NCBI GenBank assembly: GCA_963737065.1 | Contig: CAVTRC010000001.1 | Span: 2,240,001 to 2,304,000 of the forward strand | Direction of reading: 5' to 3' | From: Candidatus Eremiobacteria bacterium | GTDB taxonomy: Bacteria > Vulcanimicrobiota > Vulcanimicrobiia > Vulcanimicrobiales > Vulcanimicrobiaceae | Length of the DNA stretch: 64,000 bases | Shown: positions 51,233 through 61,183 of the stretch, one piece after another | How positions within the stretch are numbered: the first letter of the stretch is position 1 | Layout of the letters: each line of letters opens with the position of its first letter | Notes under the pieces: model-generated | The model's database searches: none | Told to the model about the DNA's origin: nothing | Seen by the model: only the letters and a program-made list of their open reading frames with translations | Made by a program: the position numbers and the translations under genes

Positions 51233-52449
51233 GTATGTCGACGACTCCGCTCACCCCGGAGATCGTTTCGCAAGAAGGCAACTCGATGGTCCTTTCGATG
51301 GGGCCGCAGCATCCCTCGACGCACGGCGTGCTGCAAATCATGCTCGAGATCGAGGGCGAGTCGATCGTCAAAGCGGAGCCCGAGATCGGCTACCTGCATA
51401 CCGGCATCGAGAAGAACATGGAGAACCTGTTTTGGTCGCAAGCGCAGACCAATGCGGAGCGCATGGACTATCTCGCTCCATCTTCCAACGCGCTCTGCTA
51501 TGCGCTCGCCGTCGAGAAGCTTCTCGGCATTACGGACCGCATTCCGCCGCGCGCCCAACATATTCGCGTGTTGCAAGCGGAACTGACGCGCGTCGCCTCG
51601 CACTGTGTCTGGCTCGGAACACACGGCATCGACCTCGGCGCGATCTCCGTCTTCTTTTATTGCTTCGATCTGCGCGAGAACATTCTCGATCTGCAAGAAG
51701 CATCGGGCGGCGCGCGCATGCATCCGAATTACGTGCGCGTCGGCGGCCTCAACGGCGATTTACCGGACGGCTACATCGGCAAGCTCGACGCGTTGATCGA
51801 AAAATTTCCCGGCCGCATGAGAGAATTGCGCGGCCTCTTGCAAGCGAATCCGATCTTTCAAGACCGCACGATCGACGTCGGTGTGATATCTACCCAAGAA
51901 GCCGTGCAGTGGGGTGTGACCGGTCCGTCGCTGCGCGCCAGCGGCATCGCATATGATGTACGCAGAGCCTACCCGTACACGGGATACGAGCGCTACGAGT
52001 TCGATGTGCCGACACGTACGGAAGGCGACGCATACGCGCGCTTTCTCGTGCGCTTGGACGAGATGGAAGAGTCGATGCGCATCATTCGGCAAGTGCGCGA
52101 GGATCTCGATACGCCGGGTCCGGTCGCGATCGACGATCCGAAGATCTTCGCGCCGCCGAAAGAGACGATCGCGCTTTCGATGGAAGCGTTGATCCATCAC
52201 TTCAAGATCGTGAGCGAGGGGTTCCGCGTTCCGCCGGGCGACGTGTATTCGCCGATCGAAGGACCGCGCGGCGAAGTAGCGTTTTACATCGTCAGCAATG
52301 GTGAGAACCGCCCGTATCGCGCGCGCTTGCGCCCGCCGAGCCTCTATAACTTACAGTGCCTCAAAGGCATGGCGCCGGGAAATCTGATCGCGGACTTGGT
52401 CGTGATGATCGGTTCGCTCGACCCGGTATTCGGCGAGGTCGATCGCTGA
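51229..52449 (+). CDS. nuoD: NADH-quinone oxidoreductase subunit D
   Basis: [21 protein letters not shown] and DPVFGEVDR motifs. Confidence 0.96.
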   Translation: MSMSTTPLTPEIVSQEGNSMVLSMGPQHPSTHGVLQIMLEIEGESIVKAEPEIGYLHTGIEKNMENLFWSQAQTNAERMDYLAPSSNALCYALAVEKLLGITDRIPPRAQHIRVLQAELTRVASHCVWLGTHGIDLGAISVFFYCFDLRENILDLQEASGGARMHPNYVRVGGLNGDLPDGYIGKLDALIEKFPGRMRELRGLLQANPIFQDRTIDVGVISTQEAVQWGVTGPSLRASGIAYDVRRAYPYTGYERYEFDVPTRTEGDAYARFLVRLDEMEESMRIIRQVREDLDTPGPVAIDDPKIFAPPKETIALSMEALIHHFKIVSEGFRVPPGDVYSPIEGPRGEVAFYIVSNGENRPYRARLRPPSLYNLQCLKGMAPGNLIADLVVMIGSLDPVFGEVDR

Positions 52450-53333
52450 TGCATGATATCGAACCGACGGGCGCGGACTTGCACGAAGACGGCTCGTTCG
52501 CGAGCCTCTACCATGCATTGCGTCCGCAGTGCGAAGCGCTGATCGCGCAGTATCCGGAGAAACGGTCGGCCCTTTTGCCGTTGATGCACCTCTTTCAAGA
52601 ACATGAGGGATACGTCTCGCAGAACGCAATGCGCGCCGCCGCGGAAATGCTCGACATCTCGCCGGCGGTCGTCGAATCGACCGTGTCGTTCTACACGTTG
52701 TTCTTCCGCAAGCCCGTCGGCAAGTACATGCTGCAAGTTTGCCGTGGATTGATGTGCGAACTGCGCGACGCGGACGATATCATGGCATACGTTCGTGAGA
52801 AGCTCGGCATTGGCCATCTCGAGACGACGGACGACGGGATTTTCTCATACGAAGAAGTCGAATGCCTTGCCGCCTGCGATCGGGCGACGTGCATGCAGGT
52901 CAACTTGGAATTCGTTTACGATCTGACGCCGCAGATGATCGACGATATGATCGCGGCCATGCGCGCGGGCACGTACAAAACGAAGTCGATGGCGCAAACC
53001 GCCAAGCCGCAACGCACGTGGAAGGTTGCGCAGGACGCGCAGATCAGTACGGGACGCAAATCGCCCGGGACGCTGAATTCGAGCGAACCGAATAATGCGG
53101 GCGGAATCGGCGATCCGAGCGGCATCATCATGCTCGACCGCTTCGTCACGCGCGACGTCTCCTTCACGGGGCGCACGAAAGAGCGCACGGTTCGCGATGC
53201 GCGCGGCGTGTATGAAATTGCTGAAGACGAAGCGGCGCCCGATGAGGCGCGCGCAGCCGAAGGCGCAGCGCCTGTTGAACCACCGGGGTCCCTAGCCGAC
53301 GTAGATCGATTGGGTGAGTATGCCGGTCACTAA
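52449..53333 (+). CDS. nuoE: NADH-quinone oxidoreductase subunit E with C-terminal extension
   Basis: RSALLPL, SFYTLF, VCRGLMC and ECLAAC motifs. Confidence 0.9.
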   Translation: MHDIEPTGADLHEDGSFASLYHALRPQCEALIAQYPEKRSALLPLMHLFQEHEGYVSQNAMRAAAEMLDISPAVVESTVSFYTLFFRKPVGKYMLQVCRGLMCELRDADDIMAYVREKLGIGHLETTDDGIFSYEEVECLAACDRATCMQVNLEFVYDLTPQMIDDMIAAMRAGTYKTKSMAQTAKPQRTWKVAQDAQISTGRKSPGTLNSSEPNNAGGIGDPSGIIMLDRFVTRDVSFTGRTKERTVRDARGVYEIAEDEAAPDEARAAEGAAPVEPPGSLADVDRLGEYAGH

Positions 53334-54582
53334 AGTGCTCACCGCGGGAATCGGCGAGGCGAATTTGCGCGATATAGACGTGTATCGCGCGCGCGGCGGA
53401 TATCGGCAGTGGGAACGCGCCGTGCGCGATCTCACGCCTGCGGCCGTGATGGAAGCATGCGATAAATCAGGATTGCGCGGACGCGGCGGCGCGGGCTTCC
53501 CGACCGGGCGCAAGTGGCAGTTTTTGCCGAACAACGGCAAGACGCGTTACATGGTGTGCAACTGCGACGAAGCTGAGCCCGGTACGTTCAAAGACCACAT
53601 GCTGCTCGAGCAGACGCCGCATCTGGTGCTCGAGGGCATCTTGATCGGTGCATACGGCATCGGTTGCAGCCATGCGTTCATCTATATCCGCGGTGAGTTC
53701 AAGGAAGGGTACGAAATCTTTATGCGCGCGGTCGCTGAAGCGCGCGCTGCGGGATTGATCGGCCGGAATCTCTTCGGAACGCAGTACGGCGTTGAGATTA
53801 CCGTGCACCGCGGCGCGGGCGCATATATTTGCGGCGAAGAAACCGCGCTGCTCAACTCGCTCGAGGGCAAGCGCGGTGAGCCGCGTCTGAAGCCGCCCTT
53901 CCCCGCCGTTGCGGGCCTGTATGGGATGCCGACCGTCGTAAACAACGTTGAGACGCTCGCGTATTTGGTCCCCATTCTGCAGAACGGTTGGGAGTGGTTC
54001 GCATCGGTCGGAACGGAGCGCAGTAAGGGTTACAAGATCGTTTCCGTTTCCGGTCACGTGCAGAAGCCGGGCAACTACGAAGTACCGCTCGGAACGCCCG
54101 TGCGCGAGATCATCGAGATTGCCGGCGGACTGCTGCCGGGACGCACATTCATGGCCGTGCAGCCCGGCGGCCAATCGTCGGCGTGCATTTTCGAAGAGCA
54201 TCTCGATTTTCCGTACGACTATGAGTCGATGGCGAAGGCAGGTTCGATGCTGGGTTCCGGAGCCTTTACCGTGTTCGACGACACGACCGATTGGGTGAAA
54301 GCCGCCCGTAACTCGATCCGTTTCTACGCGCACGAATCGTGCGGCCAATGCACGCCGTGCCGTGAAGGCGGACACTGGCTCGAACGCGTGCTCGACCGTT
54401 TCGTCGAAGGTTACGGTATACGCGGCGATCTCGACATGATCCGGCGCGTCAGCACGACGATTACCGGATTGAATCTCTGCGCGCTCGGCGATTCCATCGA
54501 GCCGTTTTTGATGTCCGTCTTCAAGCGCTTCCCCGAAGCGTTCGAAGCGCGCGTACGTAATGAAGAAGCAGTAGGAGTATGA
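53314..54582 (+). CDS. nuoF: NADH-quinone oxidoreductase subunit F
   Basis: SGLRGRGGAGFPTG, GAGAYICGEETAL and ESCGQCTPCREG motifs. Alternative start at 53320. Confidence 0.96.
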   Translation: MSMPVTKVLTAGIGEANLRDIDVYRARGGYRQWERAVRDLTPAAVMEACDKSGLRGRGGAGFPTGRKWQFLPNNGKTRYMVCNCDEAEPGTFKDHMLLEQTPHLVLEGILIGAYGIGCSHAFIYIRGEFKEGYEIFMRAVAEARAAGLIGRNLFGTQYGVEITVHRGAGAYICGEETALLNSLEGKRGEPRLKPPFPAVAGLYGMPTVVNNVETLAYLVPILQNGWEWFASVGTERSKGYKIVSVSGHVQKPGNYEVPLGTPVREIIEIAGGLLPGRTFMAVQPGGQSSACIFEEHLDFPYDYESMAKAGSMLGSGAFTVFDDTTDWVKAARNSIRFYAHESCGQCTPCREGGHWLERVLDRFVEGYGIRGDLDMIRRVSTTITGLNLCALGDSIEPFLMSVFKRFPEAFEARVRNEEAVGV

Positions 54583-56573
54583 ACCGGCCCGAACAACTGG
54601 TGTCGCTGACGATCGATGGTGTGCCGTTGCAAGTTCCGAAGGGAACGTTGCTGGTCGAAGCGGCCAAGAACATCAAGCAAGAGATTCCGGTCTATTGCTA
54701 TCACACGAAGCTTGGTCCGGCCGGGCTGTGTCGTGTGTGTTTGGTCGAAATCGAAGGGATGCCGAAGCTGCAGATCGCGTGCAACACGCCGGTCGCCGAC
54801 GGCATGGTCGTGCACACGCAAAACGACAAGGTAAATGCGGGCCGCGGCATGATCCTCGAACTGTTGCTCGTGAATCATCCGTTGGATTGCCCGATCTGCG
54901 ATAAAGGGGGCGAATGCGATCTGCAGGACTACGCGATGGCGTACGGCCGCGGCGCGTCCGACCTTGCCGATCCGAAGCTCGCGAAGCCGAAAGGAGTCGA
55001 TCTCGGCCCGACGATCGTTTTAGACGAGGAGCGCTGCGTCGTGTGTCAGCGTTGCGTGCGCTTCGACGACATCATCGCCGCCGAGCATCAACTCGTCGTC
55101 AAGGACCGCGGCCATCACGACATCATCGCTACATCGACGGGCGATCCGTATCGTCACAATTTCACCGGAAACGTCACCGAACTTTGTCCCGTCGGTGCAC
55201 TGACGTCCAAGACGTATCGCTTTAAATCGCGTCCGTGGGATCTCAATCGCGTGCAGACGAGCTGTCAGCAATGCGCGGTCGGATGCCAGCAATTCGTCGA
55301 TTCGCGTGCGGGCAGCATCCTGCGCACGATGATCGTCGAGACCGACGACAAGATCTCCGACGGATGGCTCTGCGATCGCGGACGCTACAACATCGGGTTC
55401 TATACGTCGCCCGATCGTATTTTGCAGCCGCTCTACCGGGATCCGCGCGGAGCCGAATTCATGCAGATCGGCTGGGACGACGCCTTCACGTTATGGGCGA
55501 AAGCGATCGGCGATGCGAAATCCGCCAACCAAGGAGTCGGTGCGATCGGCGGCGGGCGCTTATTGAACGAAGAAGCGTATCTTCTGCAGCTCGTATTCCG
55601 TTCGCTCGGCAGCGAAAATCTCGATTGGCGCGGCGGACGCCAGCGGGTCGCAACACCCGTACGGAGCGCTTCGTACGAAGATATCGAAAAAGCGGCGGCG
55701 ATCATTATCGCCGGTGAAACACCCGAGGAACGCGCGCCCGTTATGTGGCTGCGCGTCGTCAAAGCCGTAACGCGCAACAACGCGAAACTCGTTCGCTTGA
55801 CGTCGCTCGATCGCGCGCCGAACCTGCCGTTCGTCGACGCCGCAAGCATCGATGACGCCCTCCGTGCGCTGCCGCCTGAAGGGAACGTCGTCGTCATTTG
55901 GGACGGCATCGATACGCAACTCGGCGACGGCCTGCGCAGCATGCTCACCTCGCGCAACGGCGGCGCGCTTATTGCGAGCGAACAGCCCAACGCGCGCGGT
56001 GCCGAAGCGATGGGAATGCTGCCGCAGAACGGCGGCATGGATTCGCTCGCAATGTTTGAGGCCGCACGGCGCGGTGAGATCGGCGTGCTCTCGCTCTTCG
56101 GCGTGAATCCCGCGCGCAACGGAATCGATACGGCCGCCGTACGTGAAGCGCTGCAGAAAACGCCGCTCGTTGTGGTCAGCGAGCTGTTCATGACCGAGAC
56201 CGCCGAACTCGCGACCCTCGTGCTTCCCGCGCGCGCGGCGTTTGAGAAGAGCGGAACGTCGATCGATATCGCGGGCGATTTGATTCCGGTCAATGGGCCC
56301 GTGCAAGGCCCCGTCGGCACGTTGAGCGATTTCGAGATGCTGATCGGTCTCGCGCAGCACCTCAACGTACCGTTGCCGACGACCGAAGAACTCGAACGGA
56401 CGGTGCTTTCGCGCACCGCCCAGCATGTCGGCTCGCCGTCCGGCGATGCCGTTCGCGTCGAAGGACGCCCGGCGCGCAGCATCTGGGACGGCGGCGGCAC
56501 CGCCGCGCACGACGAACGCATTGCGGCGCTGCGCGCCGATCGTATCGTGCCGACGGAGTTGGTGGAAGCGTAA
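54579..56573 (+). CDS. nuoG: NADH-quinone oxidoreductase subunit G
   Basis: CRVC, HPLDCPICDKGGECDLQ, RCVVCQRC, CPVGAL and CQQCAVGC motifs. Confidence 0.93.
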   Translation: MNRPEQLVSLTIDGVPLQVPKGTLLVEAAKNIKQEIPVYCYHTKLGPAGLCRVCLVEIEGMPKLQIACNTPVADGMVVHTQNDKVNAGRGMILELLLVNHPLDCPICDKGGECDLQDYAMAYGRGASDLADPKLAKPKGVDLGPTIVLDEERCVVCQRCVRFDDIIAAEHQLVVKDRGHHDIIATSTGDPYRHNFTGNVTELCPVGALTSKTYRFKSRPWDLNRVQTSCQQCAVGCQQFVDSRAGSILRTMIVETDDKISDGWLCDRGRYNIGFYTSPDRILQPLYRDPRGAEFMQIGWDDAFTLWAKAIGDAKSANQGVGAIGGGRLLNEEAYLLQLVFRSLGSENLDWRGGRQRVATPVRSASYEDIEKAAAIIIAGETPEERAPVMWLRVVKAVTRNNAKLVRLTSLDRAPNLPFVDAASIDDALRALPPEGNVVVIWDGIDTQLGDGLRSMLTSRNGGALIASEQPNARGAEAMGMLPQNGGMDSLAMFEAARRGEIGVLSLFGVNPARNGIDTAAVREALQKTPLVVVSELFMTETAELATLVLPARAAFEKSGTSIDIAGDLIPVNGPVQGPVGTLSDFEMLIGLAQHLNVPLPTTEELERTVLSRTAQHVGSPSGDAVRVEGRPARSIWDGGGTAAHDERIAALRADRIVPTELVEA

Positions 56574-57559
56574 TGCCCGATTGGGTCATCGTTCTCATCA
56601 AGTCCGCGATACTGCTCTTCGTGGTCGTCACGACGTTCGCGTACGCGATGCTCGCGGAGCGCAAGGTGCTAGGCTGGATGCAATTGCGTCCTGGTCCAAA
56701 CCGCGTCGGTCCGTGGGGTATGCTCCAACCTGCAGCCGATGCAGCGAAGCTCATTCTGAAAGAAGATCTCACGCCTCGCACGGCCGATCCGCTGATCTAC
56801 CGCCTTGCGCCATTCATCTCGCTGCTGACGGCATTTTCGGTCTACGCGATCATCCCGTTCGGCGCGAGCAGCGCCGGCACGTGGGCAATCGGGAACGTGA
56901 ACGCCGGGATTTTGTTCTTGCTCGCGATTACGTCGATCGGCGTCTACGGCATCACGCTCGGCGGCTGGGCATCGGGATCGAAGTATCCGTTGCTTGGCAG
57001 CGTGCGCGCCACCGCGCAGATGATCAGCTACGAACTCGGGATGTCGCTCTCGTTCATCGGCGTCTTGATTCTCGCCGGTACGACGTCGCTCGACGGTATC
57101 GTGAACGCGCAGACGAAGTGGTGGTTCATTTTGCCGCAGTTCGTCGGCTTCATCGTCTACATCATCACGGCCGTCGCGGAAACCAATCGCGTGCCGTTCG
57201 ATCTCGTCGAAGCGGAGACCGAACTCGTCGCCGGATTTCATACGGAGTACTCGGGCTTGCGCTTCGGATTATTCTTCATCGCCGAGTACGTGAATATGCT
57301 CACCGTGTCGTGCATCGCGTCGTTGCTGTTCCTCGGCGGCTGGAACGCACCGTTCGGCCTCGAGAACCTACACGTTCCGGGCATCGTCTGGTTCATCATC
57401 AAGGTCGCGTTCTTCATGTTCTTCTACATGTGGCTGCGCGCGACGCTACCGCGCTTCCGCTACGACCGCCTCATGGCGTTCGGCTGGAAGTTTCTGCTTC
57501 CGCTCGCCACGCTGAATCTCGTCGTAACGGCGATCGTCGTCGCGTACGTGGGACACTGA
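56573..57559 (+). CDS. nuoH: NADH-quinone oxidoreductase subunit H
   Basis: ERK..GWMQLRPGPNRVGP, AETNRVPFD and PRFRYD motifs. Confidence 0.96.
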   Translation: MPDWVIVLIKSAILLFVVVTTFAYAMLAERKVLGWMQLRPGPNRVGPWGMLQPAADAAKLILKEDLTPRTADPLIYRLAPFISLLTAFSVYAIIPFGASSAGTWAIGNVNAGILFLLAITSIGVYGITLGGWASGSKYPLLGSVRATAQMISYELGMSLSFIGVLILAGTTSLDGIVNAQTKWWFILPQFVGFIVYIITAVAETNRVPFDLVEAETELVAGFHTEYSGLRFGLFFIAEYVNMLTVSCIASLLFLGGWNAPFGLENLHVPGIVWFIIKVAFFMFFYMWLRATLPRFRYDRLMAFGWKFLLPLATLNLVVTAIVVAYVGH

Positions 57560-57620
57560 GGATGCCTCCAATGAACTGCTTCAACCGATCGTTTGTGACG
57601 ATTTCATCGGAGGCCTCCTA

Positions 57621-58232
57621 ATGCGCAAGCATCTCTACAACGTCGGCGCGATCTTGAAGGGACTCTCGATTACGTTCAAGTTCATGTTTGCGAAACGTCC
57701 GACGATCGAATACCCGTCGGTGAAAAAGCAGCACGCGCCGCGTTTTCACGGCCTGCACGAACTGCGCCGCTATGCGGACGGTAAGGAACGCTGCATCGGC
57801 TGCGAGCTTTGTTCGAGCGCATGTCCCGCAAACGCAATCACCGTTATCGGTGCCGAGAACACGCCCGAAGACCGTAAGTCGCCGGGCGAACGTCACGCCG
57901 CGCGCTACGAGATCGACGAGCTACGCTGCATCTTCTGCGGGATGTGTGAAGAGGCGTGTCCGACCGATGCAATCGTGTTGACGCCGCGCTTCGAGATGTC
58001 CGACTATCGCCGCGGCGCGCTGATCTATTCGAAAGATCGGCTGCTCGTGCCGGCCGAGTCGGGTGTCGGCGCAGCTCCGGACGAACGTCCGAACGGCATT
58101 CCCGCCGACCTCGGTCGCGTTGCCGAGATCAAGTCGACCGTCGACGTCGACACGGGTTACGATGCGACGCACCGCGGCGAAGTGCTGAAGGTTCAACGCA
58201 AGGGCCTCGCGATGCTGAAGAGGGACGACTGA
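57621..58232 (+). CDS. nuoI: NADH-quinone oxidoreductase subunit I
   Basis: CIGCELCSSACP and CIFCGMCEEACP motifs. Confidence 0.95.
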   Translation: MRKHLYNVGAILKGLSITFKFMFAKRPTIEYPSVKKQHAPRFHGLHELRRYADGKERCIGCELCSSACPANAITVIGAENTPEDRKSPGERHAARYEIDELRCIFCGMCEEACPTDAIVLTPRFEMSDYRRGALIYSKDRLLVPAESGVGAAPDERPNGIPADLGRVAEIKSTVDVDTGYDATHRGEVLKVQRKGLAMLKRDD

Positions 58233-58834
58233 TGCTCGCGTTCTGGATTCTCGGCATTATCATGATCGGCTCGGCGATGTGGTGCATCGCGAACATCAAG
58301 CCGGTGTATAGCGTCGTCGCGCTGCTGTTGAACTTTGCTGCGCTCGCGGCGATGTATTTAACGCTCAATGCCGAGTTTCTCGCCGTCATTCAAATGATCG
58401 TGTACTCCGGCGCGATTCTCATTCTGTTCCTCTTCGTCATCGCGCTACTCTCGAGCGGTGTGAGGCCGTTCTCGGTTGGCCCGAACAGGCTGCCGAAAAT
58501 CGGAATTCCGGCGGTCGTTGTGCTGCTGATCGCGCTCGGCTTTTTGACTTATGCAGTGGGCTCGAAGGCGTTCACCATGCCGGCCGGCACGATCGCGAGT
58601 TCGCCCATCGGTCCGGTGGGAAGCGCCAATGTGTTCGGTTCGGTTAGTGATTTCGGCAAGGCGCTCTTTACAACGTACTTGCTCCCGTTTGAGATCACGG
58701 CACTTGTGCTGATGGTTGCGGTCATCGGCGTCATTCTGCTCGCCGGCGACCAAACGCCGTACGTTGCAACGAAGGCACGGGCCGAAGAAGTGCGGCGCGA
58801 GATGCGCGAAGCGATTTTACGGAGCGGCGAATAA
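58232..58834 (+). CDS. nuoJ: NADH-quinone oxidoreductase subunit J
   Basis: AEFLA.IQ.IVYSGAI and YLLPFE motifs. Confidence 0.92.
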   Translation: MLAFWILGIIMIGSAMWCIANIKPVYSVVALLLNFAALAAMYLTLNAEFLAVIQMIVYSGAILILFLFVIALLSSGVRPFSVGPNRLPKIGIPAVVVLLIALGFLTYAVGSKAFTMPAGTIASSPIGPVGSANVFGSVSDFGKALFTTYLLPFEITALVLMVAVIGVILLAGDQTPYVATKARAEEVRREMREAILRSGE

Positions 58835-59154
58835 TGGTTCTCCCGAACATGACCGTTCCCATTGCGGACTATGTTGCGCTTTCCGCCGTGATCTTTTTCA
58901 TCGGCGTCGCCGGCGTGGTCGTGCGGCGCAACCCACTCATCATGCTGATGGCAATCGAGCTGATGTTCAATGCCGCCAATCTGCTCTTCATCGCGTTTTC
59001 GCGAGCGTGGCTGCATAACGCGGGCCACATCTTCGCCTTCTTGGTTATCACGGTCGCCGCGGCGGAAGCCGCGATCGGTCTCGCGATCGTCGTGACCGTG
59101 TTCCGCACTGCGCGACACGTCGACGTCGACGACATCGCCTTGATGAAAGGATAG
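58834..59154 (+). CDS. nuoK: NADH-quinone oxidoreductase subunit K
   Basis: RRN, IELMFNAAN and VAAAEAAIGL motifs. Confidence 0.95.
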   Translation: MVLPNMTVPIADYVALSAVIFFIGVAGVVVRRNPLIMLMAIELMFNAANLLFIAFSRAWLHNAGHIFAFLVITVAAAEAAIGLAIVVTVFRTARHVDVDDIALMKG

Positions 59155-59157
59155 GTC

Positions 59158-61182
59158 GTGGGTTCCGTTCATCACGTGATGGGCAACGAGGGGACGTATC
59201 CGTACCTGATTGCTCTCTGGCTCTTGCCGCTCGTCGGTGCGATTCTGAACTGGGCGTTCGGGCCGCAGTTGAAGCGGGCGGCAGGAGCGCTCGGGTCGGC
59301 GGTGATCGGTGTTGCGTTCATCGCTACGGTGCTGATGTGGGGGGCAGCCACGCAAAGCGTCTCGGCCGGCGGCGTCAATCTCGTCGGCGCGCACCAAACG
59401 CTGTTCAGCTGGCTCCCGGGATGGGATTTCGGACTGTTGATCGATCCGCTCTCACTTTTGTGGGCGTTGATCATCACAGGCGTCGGATTCCTCATTCATG
59501 TCTACTCGATGGGATATATGGACGGCGATGACGCGTTCGCGCGGTTTTTCGCGTACATGAACTTCTTCGTGTTTGCGATGCTGACGCTCGTGCTCTCCGA
59601 CAATTTCGTCGGATTGCTCGTCGGCTGGGGCCTCGTCGGGCTCGCGTCGTATTTCTTGATCGGATTTTGGTTCTTCAAACCGAGTGCCGTCGCCGCGGCG
59701 CGCAAAGCCTTTGTCATCAACGTCGTAGGCGACGTCGCGATCATGTTCGCGATCTTCGCGATTTTCGCGTCGGTGCACTCGATTACGTTCGGCGATGCGT
59801 TCGCCTTTGCGGGGTCGTACAACACCGGCTGGCTGTTCGTCATCTGCCTTGCTCTTTTCATCGGCGCGGCCGCGAAGTCGGCGCAAGTCCCGCTGCATAC
59901 GTGGCTTCCCGACGCGATGGAAGGCCCCACGCCGGTCTCGGCGCTCATTCATGCTGCGACGATGGTGACCGCGGGGGTCTATCTCGTCGCGCGCTGCGCG
60001 CCGCTATGGAGTCAGAACGGAAACGCGCAGATGCTGGTCGGCATCATCGGTGCGCTCACCGCGCTTCTCGGCGCGATCTTAGGCTGCGCGCAGTGGGACA
60101 TCAAACGCATCCTCGCCTATTCGACGATGTCGCAGATCGGCTACATGATCATGGGCGTCGGCGTCGGCGCATACGAAGGCGGCGTCGCGCACTTCTTCAC
60201 GCACGCATTCTTCAAAGCACAACTCTTCCTCGGTTCCGGCATCATCATTCACGCGCTCGGTAACGAACAAGACGTGCGACGCATGGGCGGACTCATCAAA
60301 ACCATGCCGTTTGCGTTTGTCGCAATGCTCACCGGCGTCATCGCGATCTCCGGCATTCCATTCATCGGTTCCGGCTACTTCAGCAAGGATCTCGTGATTC
60401 AAGGCGCGCTCGATCACGGACATCCGATCATGTACGCCGTTGCGCTCGTCACGGCCGGCATTACCGCCTACTACATGTGCCGGATGCTCTTCGTCACGTT
60501 CCTTGGCCAGTATCGCGGGAACGTCGATCCGTCGGAGCTCGGCATCCGGCATCCGGAACTGGCCGGTCTGCCGTCACATGCGGAAGACCAGGATTCGACA
60601 GACTCAGAACACGCGCACGATCCGCACGCACCGGCATGGCTGATGAATCTTCCCGTTGCGATTTTGATCGTGCCGACCGTGTTGATCGGTTGGCTGATGT
60701 TCGGCGGCGAAACTTCGCCGTGGTCGCACTTTTTCGCGCAGCAGTTTCCTCGCCCGGCGCTTCCCGCCGCACCGATCAGCGAGACGCTTACGGCCGTTAT
60801 TGCGTTCGTCGCCGTGCTGATCGGCATCGGAATTGCATGGATGCGCTACGGCGTCGCGCCCGCACGGCAGAATTCGGTGGAGCGTCTACGCCGGGAGTCG
60901 ATACGCATGCCCGCGCTGCTCGCGAATGCGTTCTATTTCGATTACGCCCTCGATCTGCTGTTTGTGCGCACCGCGCAACTGTTCGGAACGCTCTTCGGCC
61001 GCTTCCTCGATCCGCAGCTCATCGATGGTGCGGTACGCGAAACGGCGTTCTCGGCGCAATGGCTCGGCACGCTCGTGCGTTCGTTCCAGACGGGACTCCT
61101 GCGCACGTACGCGTTCTTGCTCGTCATCGGGGCGACGTGTTTCATGATCTACTACGCCGTCGCCATGGGAGCAATGAAGTAA
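59158..61182 (+). CDS. nuoL: NADH-quinone oxidoreductase subunit L
   Basis: KSAQVPLHTWLPDAMEGPTPVSALIHAATMV and THAFFKA motifs. Confidence 0.96.
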   Translation: MGSVHHVMGNEGTYPYLIALWLLPLVGAILNWAFGPQLKRAAGALGSAVIGVAFIATVLMWGAATQSVSAGGVNLVGAHQTLFSWLPGWDFGLLIDPLSLLWALIITGVGFLIHVYSMGYMDGDDAFARFFAYMNFFVFAMLTLVLSDNFVGLLVGWGLVGLASYFLIGFWFFKPSAVAAARKAFVINVVGDVAIMFAIFAIFASVHSITFGDAFAFAGSYNTGWLFVICLALFIGAAAKSAQVPLHTWLPDAMEGPTPVSALIHAATMVTAGVYLVARCAPLWSQNGNAQMLVGIIGALTALLGAILGCAQWDIKRILAYSTMSQIGYMIMGVGVGAYEGGVAHFFTHAFFKAQLFLGSGIIIHALGNEQDVRRMGGLIKTMPFAFVAMLTGVIAISGIPFIGSGYFSKDLVIQGALDHGHPIMYAVALVTAGITAYYMCRMLFVTFLGQYRGNVDPSELGIRHPELAGLPSHAEDQDSTDSEHAHDPHAPAWLMNLPVAILIVPTVLIGWLMFGGETSPWSHFFAQQFPRPALPAAPISETLTAVIAFVAVLIGIGIAWMRYGVAPARQNSVERLRRESIRMPALLANAFYFDYALDLLFVRTAQLFGTLFGRFLDPQLIDGAVRETAFSAQWLGTLVRSFQTGLLRTYAFLLVIGATCFMIYYAVAMGAMK

Positions 61183-61183
61183 A

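Noticed and set aside
50580..51956. 458-aa ORF as a NuoCD fusion
   Set aside because: The extension is out of frame with NuoD and non-homologous. nuoD has its own SD and ATG.
55433..56521. Long antisense ORFs over nuoG (and similar ones over paaH, ALDH and the epoxidase)
   Set aside because: These are shadow ORFs typical of high-GC codon bias, with no motifs.
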